From Yuukianura sp. NJ FZ-2021 (taxonomy: Eukaryota): 64,000 bases of DNA. The notes below the pieces were generated by a model that had not been told where the DNA came from, searched no databases, and saw only the letters and a list, made by a program, of their open reading frames with translations. The DNA lies in contig CM102285.1 in assembly GCA_046563655.1 (NCBI GenBank), positions 11,222,001 through 11,286,000 on the forward strand, given 5' to 3'. How positions within the stretch are numbered: position 1 is the first letter of the stretch; each line of letters starts with the position of its first letter. Made by a program: the position numbers and the translations under genes. Shown here one piece after another: positions 12,444-26,500 of this stretch.

Positions 12444-14284
12444 ACTTTCTTAAAAGAAAAAGGCGAAACACTTTAGTTTACAAAACTAAGTATTTAAAAA
12501 GTTAAGTCACTCTGTTGTGTTAAGGAGCTTTCAGAAGTATACTTTTTGAATGAAACAGTTTATTAGAGCTTTGAATTTTTAGAATTTTAGGAGAAAGGAA
12601 TTTAATTTTGTGTTGACATCCGTTTTCACTTTCGCTTCAATTTCCGAAAACTTTGTTTAAATCATAAACCAATTTTCTGAGAAATTGAAATTTCTAGCGC
12701 AGAAGAGTAGATTCTCAACGTTCATTTCAAGACTTTGTGACAGGTTAGTCTAAAATGGATTCTTCTAAAGAATAATTCAATTCTAAACTATAATATGATT
12801 CTGGAAGGGTTAATTTAGGGATGACATGCTTGAAAGACTTAACGAGGGCAGGTACCACGAAGCGATCGATTTTTTTGTAATTATTTTCAAATTTTGACAG
12901 GAGTTGGTGGAAGCTCTCAGCGCAGCACAATTTCCGAAAAAAAAAACTGTGCGGCTGCTGTTGTTAATAAGGCAACCTAACAAAATTTGCGGAGGAAATA
13001 ACTGCAGGATCACTTTCTCTAGGATCATTTTCAATGGTCTGGCCAAGTAATTGTCTCCAATTAAAACAAGAACGTTAGAACATGTTTGATTAGTTGATTA
13101 CTTAATGAAAAAATCGACGCAACGTGTGCTGCTAGCGTCCTCAGCCAAGAAAAAAATAATCCCATTGTGACCAAAACTACAATGAAAATGTCACATTAAG
13201 GGTTGTGTTTGAAAGTGAAAGTGGATCCACATCAGAAAGAAAGCTTAGGTTAGTTTTACTTTAACAATGGGAATTCAAGAAAATGGACTAGAGCAAAGAA
13301 AACACAAGAAGCTGCCCATAGGAATATCAGCTATAAGTATATTTTAGAAAAGCTATCCCTTTTAGAAAGTTTGTATTGCTAAAAGCGGCGTTTCTCCCGG
13401 ATCCTTCTTGTGTTTTTTTTCAAAGCCGACTTCCCAATTTTGCGATTGTCTTTTTTTCAAGATACTCGTTGCTTAGTTTAATGAAAATATTGTTATGACT
13501 TAGCGAAAAAAATTGTCGGGAGAAAGGTCTAGGGATTTGGTTTGATTGAATGCGCCTGGAGAAAGTTAAGCCGTTGCTGTTAGTGGCTGACTGTGCTTCC
13601 AAGCAGAGCTCCAGAATTTGGACTCCTCAGTGTAACTTTCAGATTCAGGAACGACGGATCCAAAACTCAAAGGCGCCGGAAGACCTTTGTGTTAAAATTC
13701 AAAACGCTACCGTGGTTGTTAGGTTTCGTATTCCAAAGACGCTAAACAAACCATTTTGCGTCAAAATCAAATCAACTCTGCCATCTTCATTCAAGTGTTT
13801 ACTTCTTGCCTTTCTCTGGTTTTGTACATTCCAGCACCAACAGTTATCCAGTAATTGAAGAACAACATTTTCAAAAACTTCAAACCGTTTCAAATGAAAT
13901 GCTTGTGATAAACTGTAAATTCAGGATTTCAAAATGGTTCGAGCTGGGAATTAGGACTATAAAAAGTTGATTATTATAAAAAAAAATGGAAACTACTGTG
14001 CTGTTATGTCGCTACTGAAGTAAATGGAAACATTAATTTAAAATCCAGCAGAAAGCATAAAGTGTATACCAAAAAAATGTAATGTGCTGCATAATTTACG
14101 TCCGGTGAAAGCACAGTGAAAGTTAACTAACAAACCTTTTGCTAGAATAATAGTGTGCAGCCAAAGTTAATTTTTTTTTCGTCCGCTGGGGTATTTTTTT
14201 GCTTTGTGATTCCATGTTTTGAAACAAAATTTCGGGAAACCATATTCATACTAAGACGATTGAGAACTGTGAATGATTGAGAAA

Positions 14285-17200
14285 ATGGAAGAGAGGTCAA
14301 ATGTTGACCAAATATTGAACGAAACGCTTCCGCCTGAACCGCTTGCAACTCAAAACTTTTGGTATGCAATGTTTACCATCATGCTGTGTCTTGCAAGTAA
14401 GTTTTAAAGAACTTTAATTTGGATATGCTAAGTAATTTATGTAAATAAAGAACCTAAAAATTCACTTTGTAAACAAGTTGAAAGCACATTGAAGCGTCGG
14501 CTGGAGAAAGTTCATTTTATATGCTAAAATTCAACATTTACATGTTTTAGGAAGCTACTCTCACTTAAATTCTTTGAGAACTTAGGGTCAACCCTCCAGA
14601 AAGTGGAACAGTTTCGTCAATTTCGTTTTTCTCAAGATCACAAATGTTTTTGAAAACAAAGTCTGCAATTTCATTAAAAAGTTAACTTGTTCTAATTAAA
14701 ATTTAGAAGGTTTTTTTTTACTAGGTACATTAAGGTTACATTATGAAAGATTTCAATCTTAGCGTTTTTATGGCAGATCAGATTTTCTATTCTAATTAAC
14801 TCTGAAGCTAACGTCTTGAATCAATATGTATTAAAGTTCATTTTGGTATTCCAGGAATATTTTTTAATCATGTTTTTTTTTGTGATCGTTTTTCTGTTCA
14901 AAAGAATCTCTTTTTCATAACTTTTTCTGGGAAGCATCTTTTGTTTTCCTTTTCATAATCGAAAAATGCGCATAGGGCTTTTACTTTGTAGAAAGTAGGC
15001 TTTCAAAACTCTCTGAGGAATGCTTTGTCATTTTCAAAATGTGACTTATTACAACATTTTTTATTCTATTCGCAGTATTTGGTAACATTCTCATTCTATG
15101 GATCATCATTGGTAAGATTTGGTTCATTCATTGTACTTCCTCGTATTTCTGAAATCAAATGACAAAATCAAAGCCTATTCATCTTTACAGAATTACTCCA
15201 GAGATAAGTATGGCCCATCCCTTTGTCTCCCTTTGTTTGTTATTTCGGACAATTTTCCAATTTACTTTCTCTAAAAAGAGAAGGCTGGTTACCTGATTCC
15301 GAGAAGTCTGTTTCAAGTAGCCCTGTAATATAAAGTTTAAATTAAATATAAGAGAGACATTGTGCACTTTTTTCCAATTTGTCAGGAAGAACAAAATAAT
15401 AGAATTGTAGTTTCTTGCAAACGAAATTGAACTGTCCAACTTTTGATTCGGATTTTTTAATGGAAGAAACTTTCTTGCTGCTGTTTTTTTTTGTGACACG
15501 AAGGAGAAAGTGGCCTCGATTTTAAATCAAATTTAAAAATGTATCAAGCCGCCACAACTCTTGTTGTTTCTAGGTAATCGCAGGATGCATTCGGTAACCA
15601 ATTACTTTTTGTTCAACCTAAGTTTGGCTGATTTAACCATGGCGTCCTTCAATGGAGTTCCAAATTTTATCTACATGATTCGAAGGTATAAAGGATCTTT
15701 CAGTCACGCAACAGAAAAAATCCATACTTTTAAAGTTTATAATTTCTTAATAAAATTTTCTATTTCGTCAAAACATAATTTCTGAGACGAAACTTTCCCC
15801 AGAGCACAAGACTTTAAAATTCAGTTTTTTTGATCCACTTTACACATTCATCCTTTCAAAATTTGAAATCGTGAATGATGTGTTTAATACCGGAAATTAG
15901 AAAGTTGTGTCAGCAGTTTTTTTTTTATTTGTTTTCTGGAGACTCACGTTTATTAATATCATATTGTGTTCTAATTGATGACTGGGCCTGACAGAGAGTG
16001 GATATTTGGAACCGTACTGTGTATGGTAAACAACTTTGTAGCTACGCTCACAGTTTCATCCTGTGTCTTCACGATGACAGCCATTTCTATAGACAGGTAA
16101 GCCGTTTTTTAATTTTCTTTTAAAATTGAAATTTTAGGATGCTGACATAAGAGTGAAAGGCAATCGAAATTCCTTTTCATCGTCGACGCTGCATTTTTCC
16201 AGTTCCTTTCCTTTCTTAAGTTCAAACTCGAGTGTCCTTTTGCCCCTTGCATGCAAAAGTGAATGTCTTGTTAGTACTACTATTATTAAGTAGCGAAAGT
16301 AGTTTGTTACTTTATGTTTTTGCTGTGTCTGTCTGTCCGTCTGTATGCATATCTATAGTACTAGTCATAATAACATAATAGCGAAGTACTGGGAATGAAT
16401 TACTGCGAAACGAAAGCAAACTACTACGAATGAAATTAATGCGAATTTTGAATTACTGCGAAAGTCGAATTTACAGTGAATGAAATACAGACATAACATA
16501 ACGTAGCCAAAAACCTGGAATCACTATTGTCCAGTTATTAACCTCACACGTAGTAAATTACAGAAGTAAGTTTCACAAGCAAAGTCATCGAATGAAGTAG
16601 TTAACATCAGAGTGGTAACCTTGTTTTGCAGTAATTCAACTTTCGAACTAATTCGATCCGTAGTAGTTGGTCTTCGAAGTAAAGTGTCTTTCGCAGTAAA
16701 TGACCTTTCGATGTAATGCGTTTCGCAGTAATTCATTCGATGAAATGACGTGCTACCACTGTCGCCTCATAAACGTCCAATTACATATCGCTACTTACCT
16801 ACTGCGCTTACAACGGTTCATTTTTTATGCTGCAATCGCATCAATCTTCTTGTGCAATTGACAAGGGCGTGGTGCCTTTTCTTTCAAAGCTTGAAACAAC
16901 GACAAGCACTTTCGCACTCTCCGTTTTTTATTCCAAAAGGAATAGAAAAAGCTCGTTTCACGTCAAAAACAACCTGCGAAGCCCAGCGGTATTATGAAAG
17001 GTGAAAATTTATGAAAGTCAAGAGTAGGCTTCTAAGTTAATTTGTTTGAAAAGGAATCCTTTTTATTATTTCTTTGAAAATAGCGTGAAGGTGTCATTGA
17101 AGTGAATACAATATTCAAGCAAATTGTATGACGTTTTAAGCTGAAGACGAAAAGGATCTGCGGAAATGAATTTTCTTAGAATTTCAAAAGAAATCTCCAA

Positions 17201-19148
17201 CTTTTTCTTTAAAAGCAGATCCCTGTTCTTGTGTCTTCATACATATTTTAATAGTATGGGATTTCACTTTCATGTTGCAGTCTGAGCTGATCTATTAACT
17301 CAAAACACAGTGATTTTGCTAAAACACACAGCTTGGAAATTGTAAAGGTGAAAATGAGAGGAAATTTTTCTATGTCAAAATTGAAAGAAAATGTTGGCAC
17401 AAACCACTAATGAGCTCCGCATTTCCCTGGAGTAATCAATAAAGTATTCAATTTCTCTGTGCTTTCTCTCGTTAGAACCGTTACATTTGATATTTAGTTG
17501 TGGCTAACAATTTTCTCCGTTTTCATTACATGTTTACAAAAAAGAAAAACGAGACTATTAGTTTCAAATTAGAGTGAAAGTCTTCGTTGCGTTGAAACAA
17601 CAGACTGTGTTCGCGCTACTTGTGCGCTACTTGTGTAACGCCAACAACGACATATTATGATGCCATTTACTGTAGTGAGTGAGGCGTCTCATATTTGCCG
17701 GCTTAGCCTAGGTACAAGGGCTTTTCAAAATTTTACTGAATTTTAAATTTGAGTTATTTCCAGATATTTGGCAATTATACGACCTTTGACGCCTAGAATG
17801 ACACGAGGCTCCGCCCGAAAAGCGATTGCAGCCATTTGGCTCCTATCAGTAATTTTGGCACTGCCAGCTCTAATCTTCTCAGAGACATTCCCGGTGGGTG
17901 ACCAAGGTCAGTCTGTCTGCATTCTTCTTTGGCCTGATCACAAGACTCCGCAGGAGTCTCATATGGACCTAGGGTAAGTCACTAAAAGTTGACATTGATG
18001 AGGAGCACCGGAAGTCAAGTTGTCACTTGTCTTCCTTCTTGTCCCGTTTCTCCAGATATAATCTTTGTCTTCTGTGTCTAACCTATTTGATCCCAATGGG
18101 TGCTATGGGTGTATGCTACGGAGCCATGAGTAGAGAGCTTTGGAGACAAAGTCAGATTGGAGAATCGACCCAAAGACAACTGGAAGCTGTTGGAGCCAAA
18201 AGAAAGGTAACAAAAATACCCAACTTCTCCACTTTCTGCATGTCAAAGGTCAAGCTTTTCTTACTTTCTCCCTGGAGATGAAGTAGACATGAAATTAATG
18301 AGATTCGCCACACGGGCCGTGGGATGAAGCGATCCGAAGCTTCTTCCAGCGAAACCGATCACATAATTCATCTCTGGTTCTCGTTATTTTTTCAGATCGT
18401 TCGTATGTTTATAGTGATCGTAACAACGTTCGGAATTTGCTGGTAAGTTGCTCTTTTTCCATTCCAAGATCATCCTTCACATGCCAGGGAAGTGCTTCAT
18501 TTGTAACGGATTCTTAGGAAATGGAAATTCTGTCTCTCTGACATTGTGTTACTGCGGCACTTTGTGTAAAATGACATTAAATTCCTTATGGTTGTCTGCA
18601 TTCTTAGGTTTCCATACCATGCCTACTTCATCTACCAGTATTTGGACGAATCTGTCGTCTACGAACAATGGGCTCAAGATCTCTACTTGTCTTTCTATTG
18701 GTTGGCCATGTCAACGTCCATGATCAACCCCATTGTCTACTATGCCATGAATTCTCGTTTTCGGTCTTGCATTAAACTTGCAGCTTCCAGGCTCATCTGT
18801 CAACGCAAAAGACAAGAGAGGGAAGTTCAACTTATAAGACGTCGCGGTCCACCTGAAAGAAATACTCCGCCATCGAATTCCTCAGGTAAAAGTTTCAATG
18901 CTTATTTCAACCTAACCTAAACAAAGCTCCAATCACTTCAAAACCTAATTAAACTAAATCACAAAGGAAGACCAGGAGGACTGCGAGTAGTGCAACAAAA
19001 ACAACCACAAAACGCCCTCGGTCAAAACCTACCTCCGCCCAAACCAAGGTCTCCAAACGCCCATTTAATGCTGTCTAGAAATCAGGCTCTACGACACTTC
19101 AACAGCAATGCGGTGGGCAACACTGGAGTTGAAACAACTTTTTGCTAA
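14285..19148 (+). CDS. TkR86C: Tachykinin-like peptide receptor 86C (natalisin receptor)-like class A GPCR
   Basis: Nine exons (~14285-14396, 15076-15111, 15574-15685, 15995-16096, 17764-17973, 18056-18206, 18396-18443, 18608-18885, 18967-19148) join in frame. GN (TM1), TNYFLFNLSLAD (TM2), CMVNNFVATLTVSSCVFTMTAISIDRY, VRMFIVIVTTFGICWFPYHAYFIY, YLSFYWLAMSTSMINPIVYYAMNSRFR. The NNFVA, VRMFI and FYWLAMS..M.NP..YY residues resemble TkR86C more than TkR99D. Confidence 0.85.
16274..16365 (+). mobile_element. Short Helitron-like non-autonomous insertion
   Basis: Starts TACTACTATTATTAAGTAGCGAAAGT, contains a GTCTGTCTGTCCGTCTGT microsatellite and ends CTAGT, resembling arthropod non-autonomous Helitrons. 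No clear subterminal hairpin. Confidence 0.35.
16393..16757. mobile_element. Foldback MITE in the receptor intron (left end truncated)
   Basis: Perfect 20-bp inverted repeat GAATGAATTACTGCGAAACG (16393-16412 / 16719-16738); arms built of ~15-bp TTACTGCGAAA-type units; right terminus reads GGTAGCACG on the minus strand. Confidence 0.7.
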
Positions 19149-20539
19149 TTATGAAAATTCAAGACTTCGTTTGTTCAAATTTTCAAAATTTATAAACTAA
19201 TTGTATACTAAGGAATACAGGGTTTGAGCATAAATGCTTTCTCCAGAGGACTTTCACCCCTTCCGTCTCCTTAACTTTTGTTTATATCCCAAGCAACATT
19301 TTGTAATGTTACGCTCTCCACAAAGTTTTTGTACGATAGAACATTGTAGAGCATAAAAAAGTTTTTGAAGAGAACAAAAGTTGATTAATAAAATATGGAT
19401 ATCACGCCTTTGGAGAGAAAGTACACCACAGGCGCAGTTTTCAAGAAAAAGTAAACCCCAGCTGCAATTTGTTTTCACTTTGAACCTCCGTTCAAAAGAC
19501 GAGAAAAAAACGTATGCGTCAAGAAAATAATTAACTTTCTCAAACTTCTTACATTCTTTCTTATGAACTATTCTTGGAATTGTATGACCTAACCAGCAGC
19601 AAGTATTTTGGGAAGAAACTATTCCTCAGAGAAAACTTTATTTTTCCTTTCCTCTGTAATTGGCTTTCTTCATTTTTACTTTGTAGCGCAATATAACACT
19701 AACCAACCTAATTAACCCAAAACCAAAGCGCCAAAAAAGCGAACTTTCAAACCTGAACCACGAACCAGTATCAGCACGAGCACATGATAGTTTTAAGCCA
19801 TAAACTTACATTCCTAAATCTTTACTGTCGAATTCAACCAAATTAACACAAACTTATTAAAAAAAATGTAAAAATAAAATTTGTATTTTCGACTCTTTGA
19901 ATTTTTACAGGAGCTTGCGGAACCTTGTAATGTTTGCTTTTTCTCGCTATTTTCACAATAATGCTTTCTAATAACCAGTTCGTGCCATAAATCTTCAAAA
20001 CAAAAAAGCAGAAACATTCTGAAAACAGCTTCAGAGTAATGATGCCCTTTTAATAGTTGATGACATCAAAGAGAAAGTTTCATGTTTGCGTGTACTTTTA
20101 TTCTTTCGACACTCTTTGGACAGCTGCTGTTCTCCGTAGTTCAAGTTGCAAAACTAGGGTAACTTCATAAAAAATTAGAAGTGTCGGAATCAGAAACAAT
20201 AAGATCCAGGGCTATGAATTTCTAAATTCCACTGGATTCCGCAACACAAGAGTCTCGCTGTCACCGGAGGCTTTTTCCTTAGTGAAATTTGTTGTGAAGA
20301 ATAAGATGAAGGGCCACTTTTCTCCTAGAAGGAAGACTTAATGCAATTCCGTGTGAAAGCTCAAAATTGGGCTTCTCTCTTTTCGCCTTCTTCACTTTGT
20401 TCTGTTTTGGCAGGAGGAGTGATGACGCTGTTACGGAATACACTTTGGTGTGTAAAACATGAACCGCCTAGTCATCTGCAGATGACTTTTTCCTTACGGT
20501 TAGATTATTTCATACAATCATTTCTGCTCTCCTGTTTCT

Positions 20540-23500
20540 TCAGAGCGTGTCATCATCCACAGAACACGGTTCATCCCGTTTAAGGCGAGAAATAATCTAA
20601 AAATTAGCAAAAATCAAGAAAGTGAGGAAACAAATCTAGGTAAAAAGGATGACACATAATCAATGAAAGTTATGGAAAGTTGATAAAAGTTTGGGGACGC
20701 TTTTAAGCACTTTCACACGCAAGCCGAAACTAAACGGCCAATTAATTGTCGCCGAATTATGATTAACACAAATGCTTTTCATAATGGGAGTTAATTGACT
20801 CGGAAGTGGGAAGCTTTGTTGAAGTTTTGTAGGGAGTTGCTTTACTTAGCAGGGAAAGTGTGAATATATTAACTTGGGCAGGTTGAGCCGGATTTTGGTT
20901 TGGCTAGATTTCGGAATGGTACGCAGTAAGTTTGATTCCACTTTCACCCGTAAGCGTTCTTTTTGCAAACTTTTTTAATTTAGTTCAAGTGCAAACTTAC
21001 GTTTCTAAGACGCGAAATTTCCTTTGACTCTGAATTTCTCGTGGCTCCATTCGTCACTTGTTTGACTCTTGAGGCATAAGTGAGGCTCACCAGAGTTTCA
21101 TCTACGTTTGAAGCCAACGGGGAGATGTTAACCTAGGAAATACTTCATTGTGAATTGAAAATACACTTGTGAATGTAAAAATAGAACTTTAATTAAATAT
21201 CACATTAATTTTTCATTACAAACATGAGGGTCTTGGCGTTTCCTCCAATGGAATCTTGCATCAAAAGTGTCAACTTGTTGTTTCTAAAGTAAACAGAAGT
21301 GTAGAAGTCAGAACTGAAGCTTGGGGGGCTTTGTGTTAAAGTTAGGCCAAATTGGTTTCGGTGTTTTATTGTTCTGTTTTGGTTGAATAACTTTGTTCAA
21401 AATGGGAGCAGTAAAAACTGTTATTCCAACGTGTCAGAACCATGCTTTCTTTACAAGACAGAGTACCAAAATTTCCATTTGAAACGTTTCTCTCCCATGC
21501 TTTCTCCTGTTTTCATTTCAGTATGCTTCCCTTAAGGCGTTGAAAGCTGAATACGTTGAAGTATGCATTATAATTATTTTAAAAGTGATGAAAGTGGAAA
21601 ATTCAAAATTCTGCGCTCAAATAATTAAAACTCGGTAACAGCTTCTGGTTTTAAATGGTAAGTTGGTTTTGTTTGTGTTTTTTTTTTTCTGTAGTACAAA
21701 AAAGCATTAGCTTTAAACAAAAAAAAAACACGAAAGAAAAAATAACATGGGATGAAAGAAAAGCCTTTGTTTCAGTATGTGATGCCAGATGCACTTTTAG
21801 TCCTTGACTGAATGAGTAAAGTGAAAATTTTGAAATAAAAAGCTTCTTACCGGTATGGCACAAAACTTTGATCTGTGTTGAGCGCATTGATGACATCGCC
21901 CAGGGCTGACAGAGACCTGAATTCAATCATCCTTAAAATTAATACAATGCAATTTAAATTACACTAAATTAAGATACATTTCTCAAGATTCACTTACTTG
22001 TTGATTGCGTTTGCTTCACGTAGCGTGTCGGCACTTACGCCTGATTTCCCCGTCCGCTCACTTCCAGCCAAGTCTAATAAACTAATCTGAAAATCCAAAC
22101 GAAGCATGCTCAACTCTAAAGTGTTTAACGATTCAATTAAAATTAACCATGCAATCCAAGAGTACGCTTCAAAAATCTTCGGCAAGTAAATCAGAAACTT
22201 TGTAAACTTTTTTGAAAGGAAAGTTCACTCTAGGCTCCTACACAGGTCACCTCTCTTTTTTTTTGCAATAATAAGAAAAACTTTTACTTTTGTTGAAAGG
22301 AAAGCAAAATTTTGACTCTCAGCATTTCCGTTTCATGTTATTTTGAAAAGATCCGTAGTTGAAAACTTACTTTCCCTCTCAGCAACGTTCCATTACTTCT
22401 TGAAGTGGTTTCGACAATAATCCCAATAAGCAAGTGGGAACGTGAGCTTCTGTCATTCATTTTTGTTGAAGCGGTGTGTCTGGCTCCAAGTGCGTTTCGA
22501 AAATTTTTCTCCAGGGCTACACTAGACTCGGCCACTAGAACACGAGCTCCTGTCAATCACAAGAATAACATCAACATGAAACATTTCACTTTCCCTTAAA
22601 TTTGTTTGTAGAAAGTTGGAAGCATTAAATCAAAGAACAAACCTGAAACCCAAACGGTACCGCTCCGATCTCTTCTAATTTCTAATTTGTTTCCATCAGG
22701 AGAATCGAGTGGATTTAGACAGCAGGGAGAAGGATTGAGCAAATCAATTAGTTTGTCATTGTACAACTCCAAAACATAGAAGGAAATCTTAGTTTCGTGG
22801 GAATGTGCCATTTCAGCAGCCAAAGCAAAGACTTCGGTGAAAGTCCGCGGGGCTAATCCAGGATGTGCTTCATCTCCCAAAATTGTATAAGTTTTTCCAC
22901 TTCCCGTTTGACCGTAACTTACACAACAAACATTGTAACCGTCAAAGGCTGACTGAAGCAAAGTCTGAAAAAGTCAAAAGTCAAAGATCAATTACGACGA
23001 CATAATTGAGTTCGAAGTTCGACCTCATTTAATAAAAAAATACAAACAAGTGAAGAAAATGTTTTTCATAAAAAGCAGCTCGATGATCCACTTGTGCTGT
23101 GAAAGTTTAAAAACAAGTTCAATTTACTTTGTGTTGAAGAAAGCCAAAAACAACCTGTTTGAGTGATTGTGATCTAAAGTTACTCCTTTGTAATGGAAAC
23201 GTGAGCCTAATGCCTTTGTATGTCCAAAGTTACAAGAAAACTTTCACTGCCAATTTGACAATTGGAAAAGTTATTGGAAAGGATGAATTTTTCTCTCTCG
23301 TTTCGAATAAGTGATATTGCATTGAACAACAAACTTTCTTTGATTCGTTCATTTTCAAAGTAGAAAAAAAAACCTTACCCTTGTATCTGCGAAAACTTGT
23401 TCCTGAGAATCTTCTGGAAGAAAAACACGGTCAAAGTGAAAGTCTTTCGGCCCTTTTGTCGTTTCCAGCGTCACGGTGTAAGGATCACAGGATTTAGCTA

Positions 23501-26500
23501 CAAGAGGATCACTAAATCCCGAAATCGGTGAAATTTTACCGGCAGATGTAGAGGATGCAGGTCGTATTCTACAGTAAACTCGTATCTTTCCCTTCAGTTC
23601 TTCCACAATATTGTAATAGCGTTTTCTGAGAAGACGCTCTCGATTCACATCTTCCCTTAAAGTACGGTTTTCATCCAAAATGGAATTGATCTCTCTCTCA
23701 AAGTGTGAAAACCTTTCAACGCCCTTACACTGCTCCTTCTCAATCTGTAAAAAGCAAATAACATTAACATGAAATGTAACACTCCAAAAAATATTCAGGA
23801 GATAAAGTCATTTTTTCGTGGTAAAACTTGAAACAGGAAAGTGAAAGTTGCGTTCCCTTGGCCTATATTTTGAATTACGTGGTGGTGTAGTCGGTTGAGC
23901 TCATCTCTAAGTCTTTTGTTCTCTTCTTTAAGTGTATCCAAGTCTAATTTGAGAATTGCGTTTTCTTCATCTCTAGTCAAGAAGCATTGTTCAGTAGCTT
24001 GTAATCGTTTTTCACATTCGTCTAACTGGGCCTCTAGAATTCTTAGACCTCTCTCGGCTTCTTTTCTCGCTTCCCGCTCACCGTTCAATTCCATTCGGAG
24101 ACATTTCATCTCTGATCCGGCCGTGCCTACTAAACGAACAGCTTCTGCCTCTTTTGATTGTACTTCTTTAATAAAAGATCTGAGTTGAGCAATTTCCTCT
24201 ACGAGCAATCCCTTTTCATCCTTGGAATGAGACACTTTGTAGGTGGATTTTCGTCTCAATTTAATTTCATCAGTAGTTTCATGACTTGGAGGCACAGCGG
24301 GCCCGGTACTGCTGCTGTCTAGTTCGCTGCGAAGGTCAAGGTCAACTGCATCTGCTGCAGTTGTTAAGTTGTTGTTAAGTTTGTCAAGCTTGTTAGGAGA
24401 TCCGTTAGATTCAGAGAGACGAGAAGAAAGTTCACCTAATTTGGTTTTGAGGGTTTGGTTCTGTACAGTCAGTTCGTCTCGGACACGCTCTAGCTGCACC
24501 TGATTTTTTGGGGGAAAAAAATATTTTTTAGATAAAAAAGAGACACAGAAAGTCACTTTCAATCTTAAATTGGGTTTTCGTAAGCTTTCTCCTTTCAAAT
24601 ACAAAAAAAATTGCCATAAAAAAAACTGCGACGACTAATAAAAAACCGTAATTGCTCTGTGTATTCGTGGCTCTAAGTAATAAGTCTCATACTTTCATGC
24701 ATACAAATATTTGCAAATATTATACAAACTCCAAAATCTAAAACGATTTTTCGATTGAAAAAATGAATCGAGACTTGTATACTGTTAATAATTCAAGTTT
24801 AAAAAATAATTTGTTAAAAAAAAGCCTTCTGCTAAAACTTCCGAAATGACAAGTATGTACTGGATTGAAATCAACGTAAAATAGAAAGTTGAAAGCAAAG
24901 TTTCGAAAAAAAAGAGAAAACATTATTATTTGCCAAAATTCAAATAAAAATTGGACAAAATATGCAAGTCTAAAAAGTATTTTTTCAATGTTCTTTATTG
25001 CAACGACAAGTAGCAGAGTTTTTCTTTGAATGAAGCGTTATATAAGTCCCTAAGCTGCTTTTACATAATGCACCTTCGCCTAACCGAAGTTTATGCTAAC
25101 AGGATTTCCTCAATTTACAAATTCAAAGCAATTTTTCGAAAGGTTTCAAAAATTTAATTTGTTGAGTCAACTTTATTTCTAAACCTTGTAAGGAAAACGT
25201 TGTTACCAAAAATAACATTAGGGTTTTCTTCGAACCATTTTTTAGCAAATCCGATTATTCTTAGGCCTTGCAGCTTTAAGATGACATCATCTTTTGAAAG
25301 CTCGAAAAAAGTACATGTCAAAATTGAATCAAATTATTCTAAAAATATTCTCTCAAGGAAACTTATTATTGAATTTTTAAATTAAATGAAACATAAATTG
25401 ATATAAACCATTTCATATGTTTTCACAAGTGGGGCAGTCGTAACTGAACGGAAACATTTTGCTAGCCCAACGCGTGACGTTTTTGATTTTGTGTCATGCC
25501 AAAAATTAGTACAATTGCAACTCTACAAGGTTAACCAAACCTTCCCTACGTTTAGTAAGTTTAGTTTGCTCAAAGAAAGTAGCAAGTACTGGCTAAGCCT
25601 AACTTTAGATGTACCTGCAGCATAACCTAGGGAGCTTCTTCAGCATATGTAAAAATTCTCACGATTGAAAATTTTGATGTAACTTGCAATCCAGGCCAGC
25701 CTAACTTTAAAGCGTACAGATTTTTAGGTGTAACATTTTCCGTAGCCAACTTGAACCTAACTCGGTTTTTGTTGATCTTTGGATAGACTTTGTTAGAAAA
25801 ACTGCAAGAAGTAAGAAACTTTAGCATTCCTGAGGCGGATGTTTGTGTAATGCATCCTGGCAAAAAGTAATACGATTATCAACTGGTTGGATGAGTAACG
25901 TTTACTACGACTAAACATGTTCCAGCGTTTAAATGAAAATGTCTAATGTTCAAAACAAAATTATAATATAACACTAGAAAGCAGCCTTAAAATATTTTCG
26001 TTACTTTTTCCTAACTTTGTTTAGCAAATCTAGTGTTTTGTTTACTGCTTTAGCAAAGAAGATCAAACTTTGTGTTGATAACTTACCAGCATTGTGTGTA
26101 ACTTTGTGATTTCTGTAATGCTAGTCTCCAGTCGTGGAAGATCTCTTGTTAGTGTTAAAAATGTTTTGGCTCCATCTTTACTCGAGAGCTCACTTGTACT
26201 TGGCTCACTGCCTTCAAACTGTAAAAATCCAAAAGCATCCAAGCGTTAACTTGAACTTACAAAAACATCAACTCTTTCCCTCAATTTCAATTGACAACTA
26301 CTGCATGCTACTTGGTGTTAAAAAGTTAATTATCAATTAAAAAAGTTCAATGTTATGTTATTTTTTTACATGTTTAATTAGAGCAAGGTGTTAGTTACAC
26401 TTTTGAGGAGGTGTTAAGTTTTCACTTCAAAAACTTGCACTTTCTCCACACCAAAGACTTTTGTGTTCTCAAAATCTGCCACTGTTCTCAGAATGCTTCA

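Noticed and set aside
19216..19430. TACAGGG start suggesting a Tc1/mariner MITE
   Set aside because: No matching CCCTGTA right end nearby.
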